A stretch of 64,000 nucleotides of DNA from Haliotis rubra (GCF_003918875.1 NW_025767087.1:806001-870000); one strand, 5' to 3'. Shown: positions 1 to 13,867, numbered from the stretch's first letter. Numbers and translations are program-made. The notes: generated by a model from the sequence alone, not told the origin.

Positions 1-834
1 CTACTATACACACCCTTAAAAATACAAAAACAACCCAAAACAACTACCAACCAACCAACCAACCCCCAAAAAACCCCAAAAAACCCAGAAGCTAGAAACA
101 ACAATGGAAACCCACATGATTGTCAAATTCAAAAGAAATGCAATATTTTTACTAATCGATTTTAGTTGGCTGGTTGGTTGTTTAACTCCACACTCAGCAA
201 TATTTCAACTATATGTGAATAATCGAGTCTGAACCAGACAATCCAGTGATCAACATCATGAGCATCGATCTACGCAACTGGGATACGATGACATGTGTCA
301 ACCAAGTCGGCGAGCCTGACCACCTGATCCCGTTAGTCGTCTCTTACGACAAGCATGGGTTAGTGAAAACCAATTCTAACCCGGATCTTCGTAGGTATAT
401 CGATTTTAGTCAAATGTTCATGAACTAATGTACTGCGCAAATGTAACTGTTTTATATTTCTGATGCCCTTACAATACAGCATGTATTATTAAACTGCGCA
501 AAAATGCCATAGAAAGGAAATCTAAAGCAGATTGCACGTAAAGGTTTTGACAGTCATTTGACAATGATTATAAAAGGTTGAACTTTAGTCAGGGTTTTGT
601 ACTTTGTCGACTCGTTATAGGAGGTCGTCCGAGAAGTGGTAGACCTGGCCGTGGTTTTTGATAAATGAAGTTAGGGGGTATTTCTAAATAGGGGAAGTAC
701 GTTAATCCGAATATCGTTAATCCAGACGTGACTTAGTGGTACTGTCCGGAATAACGAGTTTCTATTTTGTGAAGCATGTGAATCACAAGGCAGGTACAAA
801 TGTACTAACATAATGTATCATCAAATAATTTCAG

Positions 835-1986
835 GTTTCTATGGTAACGGCGATCTGGAAGCCCTAGCGGTGGACCAGGTTCTCGGTGTCATCCAAGACG
901 TCATCACGTTCATGGGCAACCATTTTAAAGAGAATGACGAAACAAGAAAGGTAAAGTACACTATATGGCTGGATAAAGTGAGTGAGTGAGTGAGTTTTAC
1001 GCCGCTTTTAGCAATATTCCAGCAATATCGCCACGGGGGACACCAGATATGGGCTTCACACATTGTATTTATGTGGGGAATCGAGCCCGGATTTTCAGCG
1101 TGACGAGCGAACACATTAACGACAAAGTTACCCCACCTCCCCTCTGGATAAAGGTCCGCTGTAATTCCAGATTTGTCCTGTGCATGATGATCTGTCCTGA
1201 GTGCTATTCTCCGACACGGAGATGACACGCGGTGATGTGGCTGAAATACCACTCAAGGTTTTGTGAATCTAAACTCGCACTCTGTTTACTGATAAAGTCT
1301 TCATCCTTTCAGGGTGAGTTGGCGAAAGAGCTAAAGGATGTCAAAGTACCGCTGTATTTCGGGATGTTGGAGAAATTGCTGAAACAGAATGGCAGTAATG
1401 GATTCTTTGTTGGCAAGAAGGTGAAGCCCCTACCATTACTGTATCAGACTGACATTGCTTCTTCTAAGGTTGCATTGCTACTACAACAACTACTACTACT
1501 GCTACTACTACTACTACTGCTACTACTACTACTACAACTACNNNNNNNNNNNNNNNNNNNNNNNNNNNNNNNNNNNNNNNNNNNNNNNNNNNNNNNNNNN
1601 NNNNNNNNNNNNNNNNNNNNNNNNNNNNNNNNNNNNNNNNNNNNNNNNNNNNNNNNNNNNNNNNNNNNNNNNNNNNNNNNNNNNNNNNNNNNNNNNNNNN
1701 NNNNNNNNNNNNNNNNNNNNNNNNNNNNNCTACCACCGCAACAACGACAACAACAACAATAACAACAACTACTACTATTACTGCTGCTGCTATGTTACTA
1801 TCACTACTACAAAGATCAATAGTTTATCTGCTACGACTACTATTACTATTCCTACTACCATTGCTACTACAATTATTCCAGCAATATCGCGACGGGGGAC
1901 ACCAGATATGGGCTTCACACATTGTATTTATGTGGGGAATCGAGCTGCTGCTACTACTACTACTACTACTACGCTTGCTGCTGCTG

Positions 1987-2019
<33 letters not shown>

Positions 2020-3084
2020 TTGCTGCTAGTACCACTACTGCTTCTACTTTTGCTGCTACTACTACTATTAATACCACATGAATTCATAGTCTATCTGCTA
2101 CGGCTACTATAGCTATTGCTACAATTACTGCCACTACTCCCACTACTACCATCACTACTACTGCTATCTTACCACCACTAGTCCAAGGATCAATAGTTTA
2201 TCTACTTCGACTACCATTACTATTGCTGCTGCTACTACTACTACTACTTCTGCTGCTACTACTACTGCTATTGCTACTACTACTACTGCTGCAACTACTA
2301 CAACTATTGCTACTCCTACTACTACTACTGCTGCTACTACTACTACTATTGCTACTACTACTACTACTACTGCTGCGACTACTACTTTTATTGCTACTTC
2401 TACTACTACTACTATTGCTACTACTATTACTACTATCACGGGAACAACTGCTACTGCTATTACCATCACGAAGACTACAAACTGACAGAACATTAGCTAC
2501 ATATAGAACTCACTGAAGATAGCTGACGGTTATACCAATGAGGTAACAGAACGAGTACATTTATTCGCACAGATTTCAATATCTATAATTAGAAAACCAA
2601 AATATTGACTTGAACTAGAACACTTTTCAACCGTGTAGCAACATAATCTTCTACATGACGTGTCATTGTTGGGGATTAGGGCCAGTTAGCCCGACGCCGA
2701 TTAATAAGTGAAAAATGTTCTTCACATTAACCTTCTGGAAACTGTTGTTGATTTTCTTAAGTATATTTCAGCACTGTCAAATTGCAAATCATATAACGAT
2801 GAAAAATACGTGAAACACTGTTTGATCTCTTTGACAAATGTACTGTTCTTATTAACCAAAATCTTTCCTAACCATATTGAATTTCCAGTGTGTCATTGGA
2901 TTTATGAATACTTTTTTTTCAGATTAGTATTGCTGACGTCAGTCTGCTTGATATCTATGATAAAAGCTCAGAGGCCATAGTGAAGTGGGAAGACTACCCT
3001 CTGGCCAAGAAATGCATTGACAACGTTGGCTCCAACCCTAGAATCAAAGCATGGGTTGAGAAACGTCCAGTCACAGCGTTTTGA
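835..3084 (+). CDS. GSTS: Sigma-class GST G1, partial (exons 1-2 upstream of window); exons 835-950, 1313-1420, 2923-3084
   Basis: AG/GT-bounded exons translate to (G)FYGNGDLEALAVDQVLGVIQDVITFMGNHFKENDETRK / GELAKELKDVKVPLYFGMLEKLLKQNGSNGFFVGKK / ISIADVSLLDIYDK...WVEKRPVTAF*. This is a GST C-terminal domain with the same exon sizes and phases as the complete paralogs. Confidence 0.93.
1478..2480. repeat. (CTA/GCT)n low-complexity tract, G1 intron 4 (includes gap 1542-1729)
   Basis: Direct inspection. Confidence 0.9.
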
Positions 3085-5012
3085 CGTGATACACGGACAT
3101 TGTCCCTTATGTCAGCAATATTCCTGTCTGTAAATAATCGAATCTGGACCAGATAATCCAGTGGTGAACGGCATGAGCATCGCGCTGTGCAGATGGAATA
3201 CCATGACATATGACACTTTCTTAAGACAAGCATGGGCTGCTGAAGACCAATCCTAACCCGGATTTTCACGGATCTTGTTCATTATGTACAAGTGATAAGT
3301 GCTTGGTGAAATAATGTGAAACATATATAAAGAGTCAAATCCTAATAACGATTTTCTCCCGATTTATCATAGAAGATTGTAAACATTTTCTTAATATAAA
3401 CAATAAAAAGCTTGTCAGTTCATTTGGACACTCAGTTCGAAAGCTTTTATAAGTAAACACTATTTTCACATTTAGATACTGACTAGGCAATATATTCTTT
3501 ACAAAAAAGTCCTGTTTTGTAATTTCAGCGAAAAAAATAAGTAACATCTCTAGAAGAATAATAGTTTGGCACCTAAACTGTAAAAGTGGCCCTACTGCTT
3601 CAAGACGGGAAACACGTAAAAAAGAGGTGTTTACACCTAAATATCATCTACTTAACTGGCATAGACGCATGTTAACAAGGGCAAAAAATAAAGTTTGAAG
3701 TGGTGTTCCCCAAGGTTGTGTTATGTCTCTTGTATCATTCATTATATACGTTGACACAACAGTCATAGTCATACTCAGCTCTAATGAAGGACATTTTAGG
3801 AACAATGTAATTTTGCAACGGAATCCTGACTATTGAAGTTCTGAAAAAAAACTAGCTCACTAAAATAGCATAGTGATTCTGACATAAACTATACATTCAT
3901 CACGCCAGTCATCTGTCCATGTGTGCATTTCTCTCTCTCATTACTTTACCTAAACAGCACCAATATATAACACATATATACATGCCATGTAGTTTAGGTG
4001 TTCAACTTTTCAACCTCATCTAAACATGTGTTATTTGAAAGTTCCTGCTTTAAGTTTCAAATATGCGTTAAGCAGTTTGTGAACATATCAAAATGATAGC
4101 ATTCACTCGAACTGCCTGATTGCTTTATAAAGTTTAAAGGTACTTTTTGCAAAGGCACTTGCGTTAATTTGGTGTCGTGTTAGAGTTATTATTAAAATTT
4201 ACCATCGAAAAGGAGTTTTTTTCTGACAGTCTAAGGATCATCTTTGCGGAGAATCTAGGATCAGCAGATCATGCTACGCCTAAGGGATGTAAGGCGACCT
4301 TGGTCTTTCCCTAAAACACTTGTTCAATTAGTGTTTGAAAGAAATTGCAGTTGTATTTTTTTATATTTCGCTGCTGGAAAGTGTTGAAGGAATCGTGACA
4401 TTAGTTCAAATTTCAACGCGTACTTTATACGAGGGTTTCAAATACAGGTAGTGAATACTCTTGCCTAACTTTCACATCTTTTGCGAAAGGCTATAACCAG
4501 CAAACAATAGCAATGTATAGAAACGTTTAGAAATGTAATTAAAACGCAAGAGCAAACATTCCTATAAAACTAAATAAATATGATGATATTTTAAGAATAA
4601 CGGCAGCAATGTTTGTCTGCGGTACCCAACACAACTCTACTTACAACCAGAAGGAAATATGTGTTTTAAAATCTGTTTTTAAAATTCAATGTTTGTTAAG
4701 AGGTTTCATAGTGATGTACGTACGTGTCCCCTTATTTACAATTCGCATCACACTGATTTTATTCAGAATTCCTTTACTAACTGGCAAAAGGATCCTGAAT
4801 ATGTTGCGACTGTATCTCAACTGATGTTAACATAGTTGAAACCCATCTTGTGATGGCTTGCTTGTTTGGAGTGTCAGTTACGATGGGCTGTATTTGAAAA
4901 AGAAACCGATGGAAAAGCGATATAATTTTATTGCAATTGCTTTAAGCTGAGAAGTGTTGAAGAAATTGAAAGGCGCGGAGTGGGTAGCTGAGAAAACATG
5001 ACATAAGTTCAC

Positions 5013-5467
5013 CATTCATGACTACTCGTGTCATTCCGGCAAGCCGGATGGTGTCCCGTACCCCTCTCGTGGCCATGTTTACGACTGGGCCCTGTCTAAG
5101 TGCAAACGGGCATGGACATGAAAATTTTCTAATATACATTACATTGCCAAGATATATTACCAAGGAAAGATAACTCTGAATTACAAACTCCTAGAATATC
5201 CTATATCCCGGGGGCAAAACAGTCATTCCCTTTGTAAATTTGTTTCAGCGTTGAAAGTGTCTGATTTTTTAGCTCAAAGTTTATGTTTAAATTGTGATTT
5301 GTATAGTTTCAAGTTGCGAAGTTTCAAAGTTCGACGGAGTCGCCATTTTCATGCTTCGAAATGCGTTTTTCTCCGCGCGATTTGATTGGTTTGCCACGAT
5401 TCTTGTCAATACGATAGGGGTACAAGTCTTCTTATATGTCACGGAAAGAGGCGAGTAGTTACGAATG
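5013..5467. mobile_element. MITE with CA...TG termini, absent from the paralogous flank near 12810
   Basis: Imperfect TIR CATTCATGACTACTCG / CGAGTAGTTACGAATG. Confidence 0.6.
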
Positions 5468-7806
5468 ACATGTTCACATGTGAACAAATGCAGACAGAGA
5501 AACTGACACATCTATGTGAAAGGTTATTACAAGCAAACAATGGTTCTGTTCAGGAACAGTGACAACAAACTGCGAAACGAAAAGTAAACGTTCTTATTAA
5601 ACTAAATATATATGTTGAAATCTTAACAACAACGGGAAAAATGTCTACGACGGTACCAAACATTAATCTACTAACAAATGAAAACAAAATATTTGTTAAA
5701 AAAATGATTTCGAAATTAAATATAACCTATCGGAACACTCTCTTCGGTTTAGCGTGATTGTCGGTTTTTACAGTGGACTCGTCAGTGATTCAGTGCAGGG
5801 CAAAACCAAGACGGGTCAGGTTCATGTCACATTTCTGTATTCTAAATTCCAACTGCGAGTGTATGAATGAGTGTGTGAGTGAATATGATTGCACGTCAGT
5901 CTTAGCAACATTAAGTCAATATCAAGGCGGGGACTCCAGAGATGCCCTTCACACATTGACACATTGGCTCTTTAGCGTGAAGAGGCGGTGGGGCAGCCTA
6001 GTGGTTAAAGTGTTCACTCATCACGCCGAAGACCTGGGTTCGATTTACCACATGGGCCATTTCTGGTGTCCCCCGCCGTGATATTGCAGGAATATTGCTA
6101 AAAGCGGAGTAAAACTAAACTTTGGCGTGAAGACTGACTGACTGACTGAGTTTGGTTTTACGCCGCTTTTAGCAAAATTCCAGCAACATCACGGCGGGGG
6201 ACACCAGAAATGAGCTTCACACATTGTACCCTTGTGGGGATTCGAACCCGTGTCTTCGGCGTGAAGAGCGAACACTTTAACAACAGGGCCATCCCATCGC
6301 CGCTGTATACGAGTGATGTTCTCAGAGAGCCTGCAATCATTGGAGATGAAGTATCAGTAAGAGCTGATGGTATCATATGACATCATAGCTCGGGTTTTTT
6401 CTCACCTTGATGTGTTCTATCTTATAGTCCCACATTTCGGGCGAGCTACACGATAAAGATTTTCTTTAGTTCAATGTGACATAGTGGTTATCTGTGTCTT
6501 GACGGCCGGAGATCGTGACGTGAGTCTTTCATGTTGAAAGTCACCTTGAAGGTCTTTCGTCAATAGTGGTGGACACTTTACTGTATCTAATTTTTATTCT
6601 TTTGGACATAATATTTGAGCATGTGCGTGAGATTTATTGTTTCCATGGTTTTGTGTTTGTTTGTTGTTAAAAGCAGCACCCAGGAATGTTCCAGCTATAA
6701 GACAGTGGTCTGCATCTAACATTGTTTATAACAGACAATCCAGTGATGGGCATCATGAGCATCGATGTACGAAACTGGGATACGATGACATGTGTCAACC
6801 GAGTCAGTCTGACCACCTGATCCCGAGAGAGAAAAGATTGATAGATAGATAGACAGATAGATAGATAGAGGGAAATTTCTAAGAAGGGGAAGTTCGTTAA
6901 TCCAAATATCTTTAATCCAGACGTGACTTTGTGGTACTGTCCGGAATAACGAGTTTCTGTTTTATGAATCATGTGAATCACAAGGTGGGTATAAATGTAC
7001 TAACACATAGTGTGTATCATCAAATATTTTCCGTATCAGGTTTCTATGGTAACGGCGATCTGGAAGCTCTAGCGGTGGACCAGGTTCTCGGTGTCATCCA
7101 AGACGTCATCATCTTGATGCACGACCTTTTTAAGGAGAATGACGAAGCAAGGAAGGCAAAGTACACTATATGGCTGCATAAAGTGAGTGAGTATGGTTTT
7201 ACGACACTTTTAGTAACGTTCCAGTATTATCACGGCGGGAGACATCAGAAATGGGCTTCTCACATTGTACCCATGTGGGGAATCGAACCCGGGTCTTTGG
7301 CATGACGAGCGAACACTTTAACCACTAGCCTACCCCACCGCCCCTCAGGGATACAGGTTTGCTGAAATTCCAGATTTGACCTGTTTATGATGGTCTGTCA
7401 CGACCACGAGCTTCCCCCGATATCGACATGACACGCGGTGATGTGGCTGAAATGCTGTTCAAAGTGGTATGAATTGAAACTCGCACTCCACTTACTTATA
7501 AATCTGCATGGAAGATACGGGTAGAAACATTACTGTTAACTTTCAAACCTCTTAACCTTTCATCTGGTATTTTTAAAATATGATTGTTGCAGTTTGAAGC
7601 AATATATGAGGCCTGGCTAGAATTTCGATGTTGAAACTCAAGCTGCTTGCGAATCAGACTGCTATTTGAACTCAAACTGTGAAGGAGAGAATGAACCATA
7701 CAATATCAAGGCTTTATTTCAGTAATACTTCAGTATAACCTGGCGAATAAATCAGCAGTAGTTGATATAAAGGCATCAATGTTATCAACCCATTGACAAA
7801 AATGAC

Positions 7807-8346
7807 TAGGGGTGGGCGATAATACCAGTTAAGCGGTATATTGCAATTCGAACTTCACAATACGATATATTTTCGCGAACAGGTTCACCCAATACGATCA
7901 GTAATTTTCGTGATGTAGTCAAAACTACTAATAACATTTGTATATCCTTTATATTATTATACATTACTAGTTTTGAGAATGTTTATTGGTCATATAATTG
8001 CATTTGCGTGACTTTAAAACCATATAAATAAGAAAATAGATCGGTACCGGCACTTGTTGTAAGGATAAAAACACCAAAACGGCGGACCCCGCTGCTACGC
8101 TTTTTCTCGGTTTCCAAATTTTAGAGCGAAGTCTTCAATTTGGAAACATTTTCAATTGCTCTCTTGTACAATTACATCTGAGTCCTGACGGTGGCCAGTG
8201 GCATTGTTTCAAAAGAAAGGAAACAGTAATTTCATGAGCTTAACCCATGTGTTACACTTTCACAATATATTGCAAGACATATTGCAATACGCCAACAGAT
8301 ATCACAATAAATCGCAATACGAAAATTTTGGCAATACCCAACCCTA
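7807..8346. mobile_element. hAT-type MITE inserted in a LINE relic within G2 intron 3
   Basis: TAGGG...CCCTA termini, 8-bp TSD AAAATGAC, subterminal CAATAC/CGATA repeats. Confidence 0.8.
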
Positions 8347-8970
8347 AAAATGACCTGATCAACCATTGTCATCCTCAATTCAGATGGCCTTAAACTCTTT
8401 CACTGAGGCGTATTAGTGACAATTTGACGTCAGATGGGTATTAATTATTGGTTTCTCAGTGACTGGTGATCAACAAAGTTCACCATTAAAAGGTTAAACA
8501 AGTTCCCCTCAGTGTTCCGTTGAGTGAGTCAGTGAGCGAGCGAGTGAGTCAGTGAGTGAGTCAGTGAGTAAGTGAGTAAGTGAATGAGTAAGTCAGTGAG
8601 TGAGGTGATACCCTATGTGTGTACAGCTCTATCTGTATGTAACGTCTTGATCCTTTCAGGGTGAGATGGCGAAGGAGATAAAGGATGTCAAAGTACCGCT
8701 GTATTTCGGGATGTTGGAGAAATTGCTGAAACAGAATGGCAGTAATGGATTCTTTGTTGGCAAGAAGGTNNNNNNNNNNNNNNNNNNNNNNNNNNNNNNN
8801 NNNNNNNNNNNNNNNNNNNNNNNNNNNNNNNNNNNNNNNNNNNNNNNNNNNNNNNNNNNNNNNNNNNNNNNNNNNNNNNNNNNNNNNNNNNNNNNNNNNN
8901 NNNNNNNNNNNNNNNNNNNNNNNNNNNNNNNNNNNNNNNNNNNNNNNNNNNNNNNNNNNNNNNNNNNNNN

Positions 8971-10236
8971 CTAAAACAACAACTACTACTACATCACTAA
9001 AACTAACAACAACAACTACTACTACCACCACTAAAACTAAAACAACAACTACTACCACCACCACTACTAAACAACAACTAAAAACAACAACAACTACCAC
9101 CACTACCCACCACTACAACAACAACTACTACTACTACACCACTAAAACAACAAAACAACTACTACTACAACCACCACACTAAAACAACAACTACTACCAC
9201 CACCACTAAAACAACAACAACTAACCACCCACCACTAAAACAACAACTACCACAACAACTAACTACAACCTCCAACACCACTAAAACAACAACTACCTCC
9301 ACCCACCACTAAAACAACAACTACCACTACCACCACTAAAACAACAACAACAACTACTACTCCACCACTAAAACAACAACTACTACTACCACCACTAAAA
9401 CAACAACTAAACCATCCACCACTAAACAAACCACCCACCACTAAAACAACAACTACCACCACACCACTAAACAACAACTACTACCACCCATCACACACAC
9501 TAAAACAACAACTACTCACTCCACCACTAAAACAACAACTACTACTACCATCACTACAACAACTACCACTTCCACCACTCACAACAACAACTACTACCTG
9601 TCCACCACTAAAAACAACAACTACCACCACCACCACTAAAACAACAACTACCTCTGTCCACCACTAAACACTAAACAACAACTAAAACAACAACTCTACC
9701 ACTAAAACAACAACTACTAAAACCACTACTACCACTACAACAACAACTACTACTGTCCACCACTAAAACAACAACTACTACTCCAACTAAAACAACAACT
9801 ACTACTCCACCACTAAAACAACAACTACTACCACCACCACTAAAACAACAACAACATCACTAAAACAACAACCACTCTGTCCACCACTAAACAACAACTA
9901 CCTCCACCCACCACTAAAACAACAACTACTACTACCCACCACTACTAAAACAACAACTACTACTACCCTACCACTAAAACAACAACAACTACTACCACCC
10001 ACCACTAAACAACAACTACCACTACCACCACCACTAAACAACAACTACCTACCACCACCACCACTAACAACTAAAACAACAACTACCACTACTAAAACAA
10101 CAACTACCTCCACCACTACTAAAACAACAACTACCATCCATCCACCACTAAAACAACAACTACCACCACCTCCACCACTAAAACAACAACTACTACCACC
10201 ACCACTACTACAACAACAAACTACTACCACCACCAC
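8971..10236. repeat. C/A-rich higher-order repeat (CCACCACTAAAACAACAACTA-like), G2 intron 4
   Basis: Direct inspection; preceded by gap 8770-8970. Confidence 0.9.
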
Positions 10237-13200
10237 GGTTATACCAGTGCGGTAACGGAACGAATACATCTCACAGATTTCAATATTTATGCATAGAAAA
10301 CCAAAATGTTTACTTTACCGTGAAGACATTTCAACCGTACAGCACTATAATCTCCTCTATGGCGCGTCATTGTTCGGGGTGAGGGCCAGTTGACCTGACG
10401 CCGTTTATCAAAGTGATAAATGTTCTTCACATCAACCCTCCGGAAACTGTTGTTGATTTTCTTAAGTATATTTCAGCTTGTAAAATTACGGATGATAGAA
10501 CGATGAAACGTGAAACACTGTTTGATCTCTTTGACAAATGTACTGTTTTTCTTTAATCAACTGCTGCTGATTACCCCAATAGGTATAAATAATGTCTCAT
10601 TTTCACACAAGCCGAAAATTTCACCTAGAGAACCAAATCCACACTAACCATCTTTGAATTTCCAGTTTGTAATTTGATGTATGAACACTTTTTTTCAGAT
10701 TAGTATTGCTGACTACAGTCTGTTTGATATCTATGATAAAACCCCAGAGGCGATAGTGAAGTGGGAAGACTACCCTCTGGTCAAGAAATGTATTGACAAC
10801 GTTGGCGCCAACCCTGGAATCAAAGCATGGGTTGAGAAACGACCAGTTACAGCGTTCTGACATGATATATAACGACATTGTCCCTTGCGTTTGTTTGTTG
10901 CTTAACGCCGCACTCAGCAATACTCCAGCTATATGGCGGCGGTCTTTATATAATCGAGTCTGGACCAGACAGTCCTGTGACCAGACAATCCAGTGGACCA
11001 GCTCAATCCATGAGTATCGACCTACGCAGCTGGCACCCTCTTACAACACCCTCTTTCGACAATCATGGGTTGCTGAAGACCAATTTTAAAACCCGGATCT
11101 TCTCGGATCTGGTCCCTTATGTACAAGTGATAAGTGCTTTGGGGAATAATGGTGAACATATACAAACAGGCGTATCGTAACAAAGATGTAACTCCCGATT
11201 TGTTATAGAATATTGTAATTATTTTCTTACGAAAAACAGAAAGACATGCTCCTGTATCGGTTCATTTTGAGACTCAGTTTTGTTCGAAAGGAAACATAAG
11301 TAAGCAGTATTTCCACATTTTAGATACTGACTAGGAAATGTATCGGTAGCAGTGTGTCACCGTCCTTTCTTTACCATAAATTCAGTGTTGTAATTCAGGC
11401 GGATTCATTAAACGGAAAACACCCATGTAAAGAACAGTTTAAAGAACAGACCTGGTAAAAAAGAAGTGTTCACACTTAAATATTCTGTATGTAACTGCCA
11501 TACAGGCATGTCAACAAGGGTAAATAGTGTGTGAAGTGGTGTTCCCCAAGGTTGTGTTATATTTCCTGTATCATTCATTATACAGGTTGACAAAACAGTC
11601 ATAGTCATAGACAGCAAGTAAACAATCTCAAATCATTTTACAAAGCAATCCTGATTATTGATGGTGTGAAAATAAACTAGCTCATTTTAATAACGTATTA
11701 ATTTTGAAAATAAACTTGCAGCACCCGCACATCTGTCTGTGGGTCTCTCTCGCCACCCACTTTTACTACTTTTATACTTTTCCAACAGTTGCTCTGAAGT
11801 TTCTGCTCTCGATTAATTTGATCGATTTAAGTGGCACAAAGTCCCTGGATATGTCGTGTCAGTATCTGATTCGGTGTCAACATTCTCGGAACCCATGCGA
11901 TGGTCCGTTTGGAGTGAGTTAAGATAGAAAGTATTGAAAAACCCTGATACAATTAGTGTTTATATTTCATTAGAATTGCATTGTTATACTTTTCTAACAG
12001 GGAAGTGAAGGAATCGTGACATTATTTCAAATTTAAGTCCGTGCTCAATATGTATACTCCAGCCAGACAACCCAATTGGAACGTTTTATGCGAAAGGCCA
12101 TAACCAGCACACAATAGTTAAGTAAAGGAACGGTTAAAACACCCGTCAGAAAATGGATACCCGGTGGGATAAGTCATGTGACTATAACATTCTAGCGCAA
12201 AACAGGCAGCTTGGGTTATCCGGGATAGACTTTCTGATGCGCCGTTGAACAGTATCGTGTTGGATACCAGGCGCAATAGGAATCCATTATTAAATATTAG
12301 ATTTAAAATTATAATGCCGAAAAACGCAAAAGCAAGCATTCTTAATAAACAAAATAAATTTGTTGATATCTTACAATGAACGGAAAAAAACTTTTTGTCT
12401 ACGGTACCCAACACTCTACTAACAACCAGAAACAAATATTAAATATTTTGTTCAAAAATCTTGTTTCAAAATGGGTGTTTTTTCACTGTTTATTAAGAGG
12501 TTTCATAGTCATGTACGTACATGTCCCCAAAAAATATTTACAATTCGCATCACACATTTTCCAGGATTCCTTTCATAACTGGCCAAAGGGTCCTGAATAT
12601 GTTGTTCAGTCAGTATCTCATTTGGTGTTAAAATACTTGAAACCCATCTTGTGATGGCCTGCTTGTTTGGCGTGTCAGTTTCAGTGGACTATACATGTAT
12701 TTGGAAAAGAAACCAATGGAACAGCGATAGAATTTCATTCCAGTTGCGTTGTTTAAATTTCGCAAGCTGAGAAGTGTTGAAGAAATTGAAAGGAGTGGAG
12801 TGGATTGCATGACATCAATTCACATGTGAACAAATGCACTGCAGTCAGATAGACAAACTGACATGTCTCATGTGGAAGGTTATTACTAACAAACAGTGGT
12901 TCTGTTAAGGAACGGCGAGGAAATGCTGCGAAGCGAAAAAAGTAAACATTCTTGATAAACTAAAATACGTACAGTAAATATGGTGCAATTTTCGCGGAAA
13001 AATATCTCGCGCAACGACCGTACCCAGTATTCAGCTCTACTAAGAGCTGGAAACAAATATTTGTTAAAAAATTAAATACAAAACTGTCGGAACACTCTTT
13101 TCGGTTTGGCGTGGGTGTCATCTTTTACAGTGGGTGTGGTTCAGTACACAGCACAGCCTAGACGAGTATGAATGAGTCAGGTTCGTGCCACATGTCCCTA

Positions 13201-13549
13201 TTCTTAATTCCAACTGGGAGTTTACGAATGAGTGAGTGAGTGAATAAGTCTGTACGCCGCTCTTAGCAAAATTCGGGGCGTTGGGGTAGCCTAGTGGTTA
13301 AAGCGTTGGCTCGTCACGCCGAAGACCCGGGTTCGATTCCCCACATGGTTGGTGTCCCCCGCCGTGATATTGCTGGAATATTGCTAAACGTGGCGTAAAA
13401 CTAAACCCACTCACTAATCACGTTCCGGCAACATCAAGGCGGGGACCCCAGAGATGCCCTTCATACACTGATAAGTCGGTTCTTTGGGGTGAAGAGCGCA
13501 CACTTTAACCACTTGGCTACCCGATCAGCGCTGTATACGAATGTTGTTA

Positions 13550-13796
13550 ACCTGTGAAGGTCCGGGGTAGAATATTGATCTTCAGTAACCCATGCTTGTC
13601 GCAAGGGGCGACTAACGGGATCGGGTGGTCAGGCTCGCTGACTTGGTTGACACATGTCATCTGTTCCCAATTGCGCAGATCGATGCTCATGATGTTGATC
13701 ACTGGATTGTCTGGTCCAGACTCGATTATTCATAGACCGCCGCCATATAGCTGGAATATTGCTGAGTGCGGCGTAAAACTAAACTCACTCACTCAC
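13550..13796 (+). mobile_element. SINE family B (about 245 bp, no tRNA head)
   Basis: Starts ACC(C/T)GTGAAG(A/G)TCCGGG and shares its 3' tail with family A. At least 15 full or partial copies, e.g. 29208, 33997, 38403 (+) and about 176-396, 16236-16485, 35836-36085, 49958-50203, 56718-56962 (-). Confidence 0.85.
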
Positions 13797-13867
13797 GAAT
13801 CATGTTCTTAAGACGGCCTGTATTCATGGAGATCAATTATCAGCAAGGGCTACATATCTTATGGTAT

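Larger units (their letters stand above)
7040..10860 (+). pseudogene. GSTS: G2: headless sigma-GST duplicate (exons 3-5 only: 7040-7155, 8660-8767, 10699-10860); either a pseudogene or an alternative 3' cassette
   Basis: Frame intact: FYGNGDLEALAVDQVLGVIQDVIILMHDLFKENDEARK / GEMAKEIKDVKVPLYFG...VGKK / ISIADYSLFDIYDKTPE...RPVTAF*. No exon 1 or 2 is seen in the gap-free interval 3085-7039. The exon-3 donor is GC. Confidence 0.75.

Noticed and set aside
246-428. Recurrent short ORFs such as [22 protein letters not shown]
   Set aside because: Antisense translations of SINE family B copies; frames are not preserved between copies.
3600-3870. GVPQGCV...FIIYVD peptide (paralog near 11530-11600) as a possible missing exon
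   Set aside because: Matches a decayed LINE reverse-transcriptase motif, not GST exon 1 or 2.
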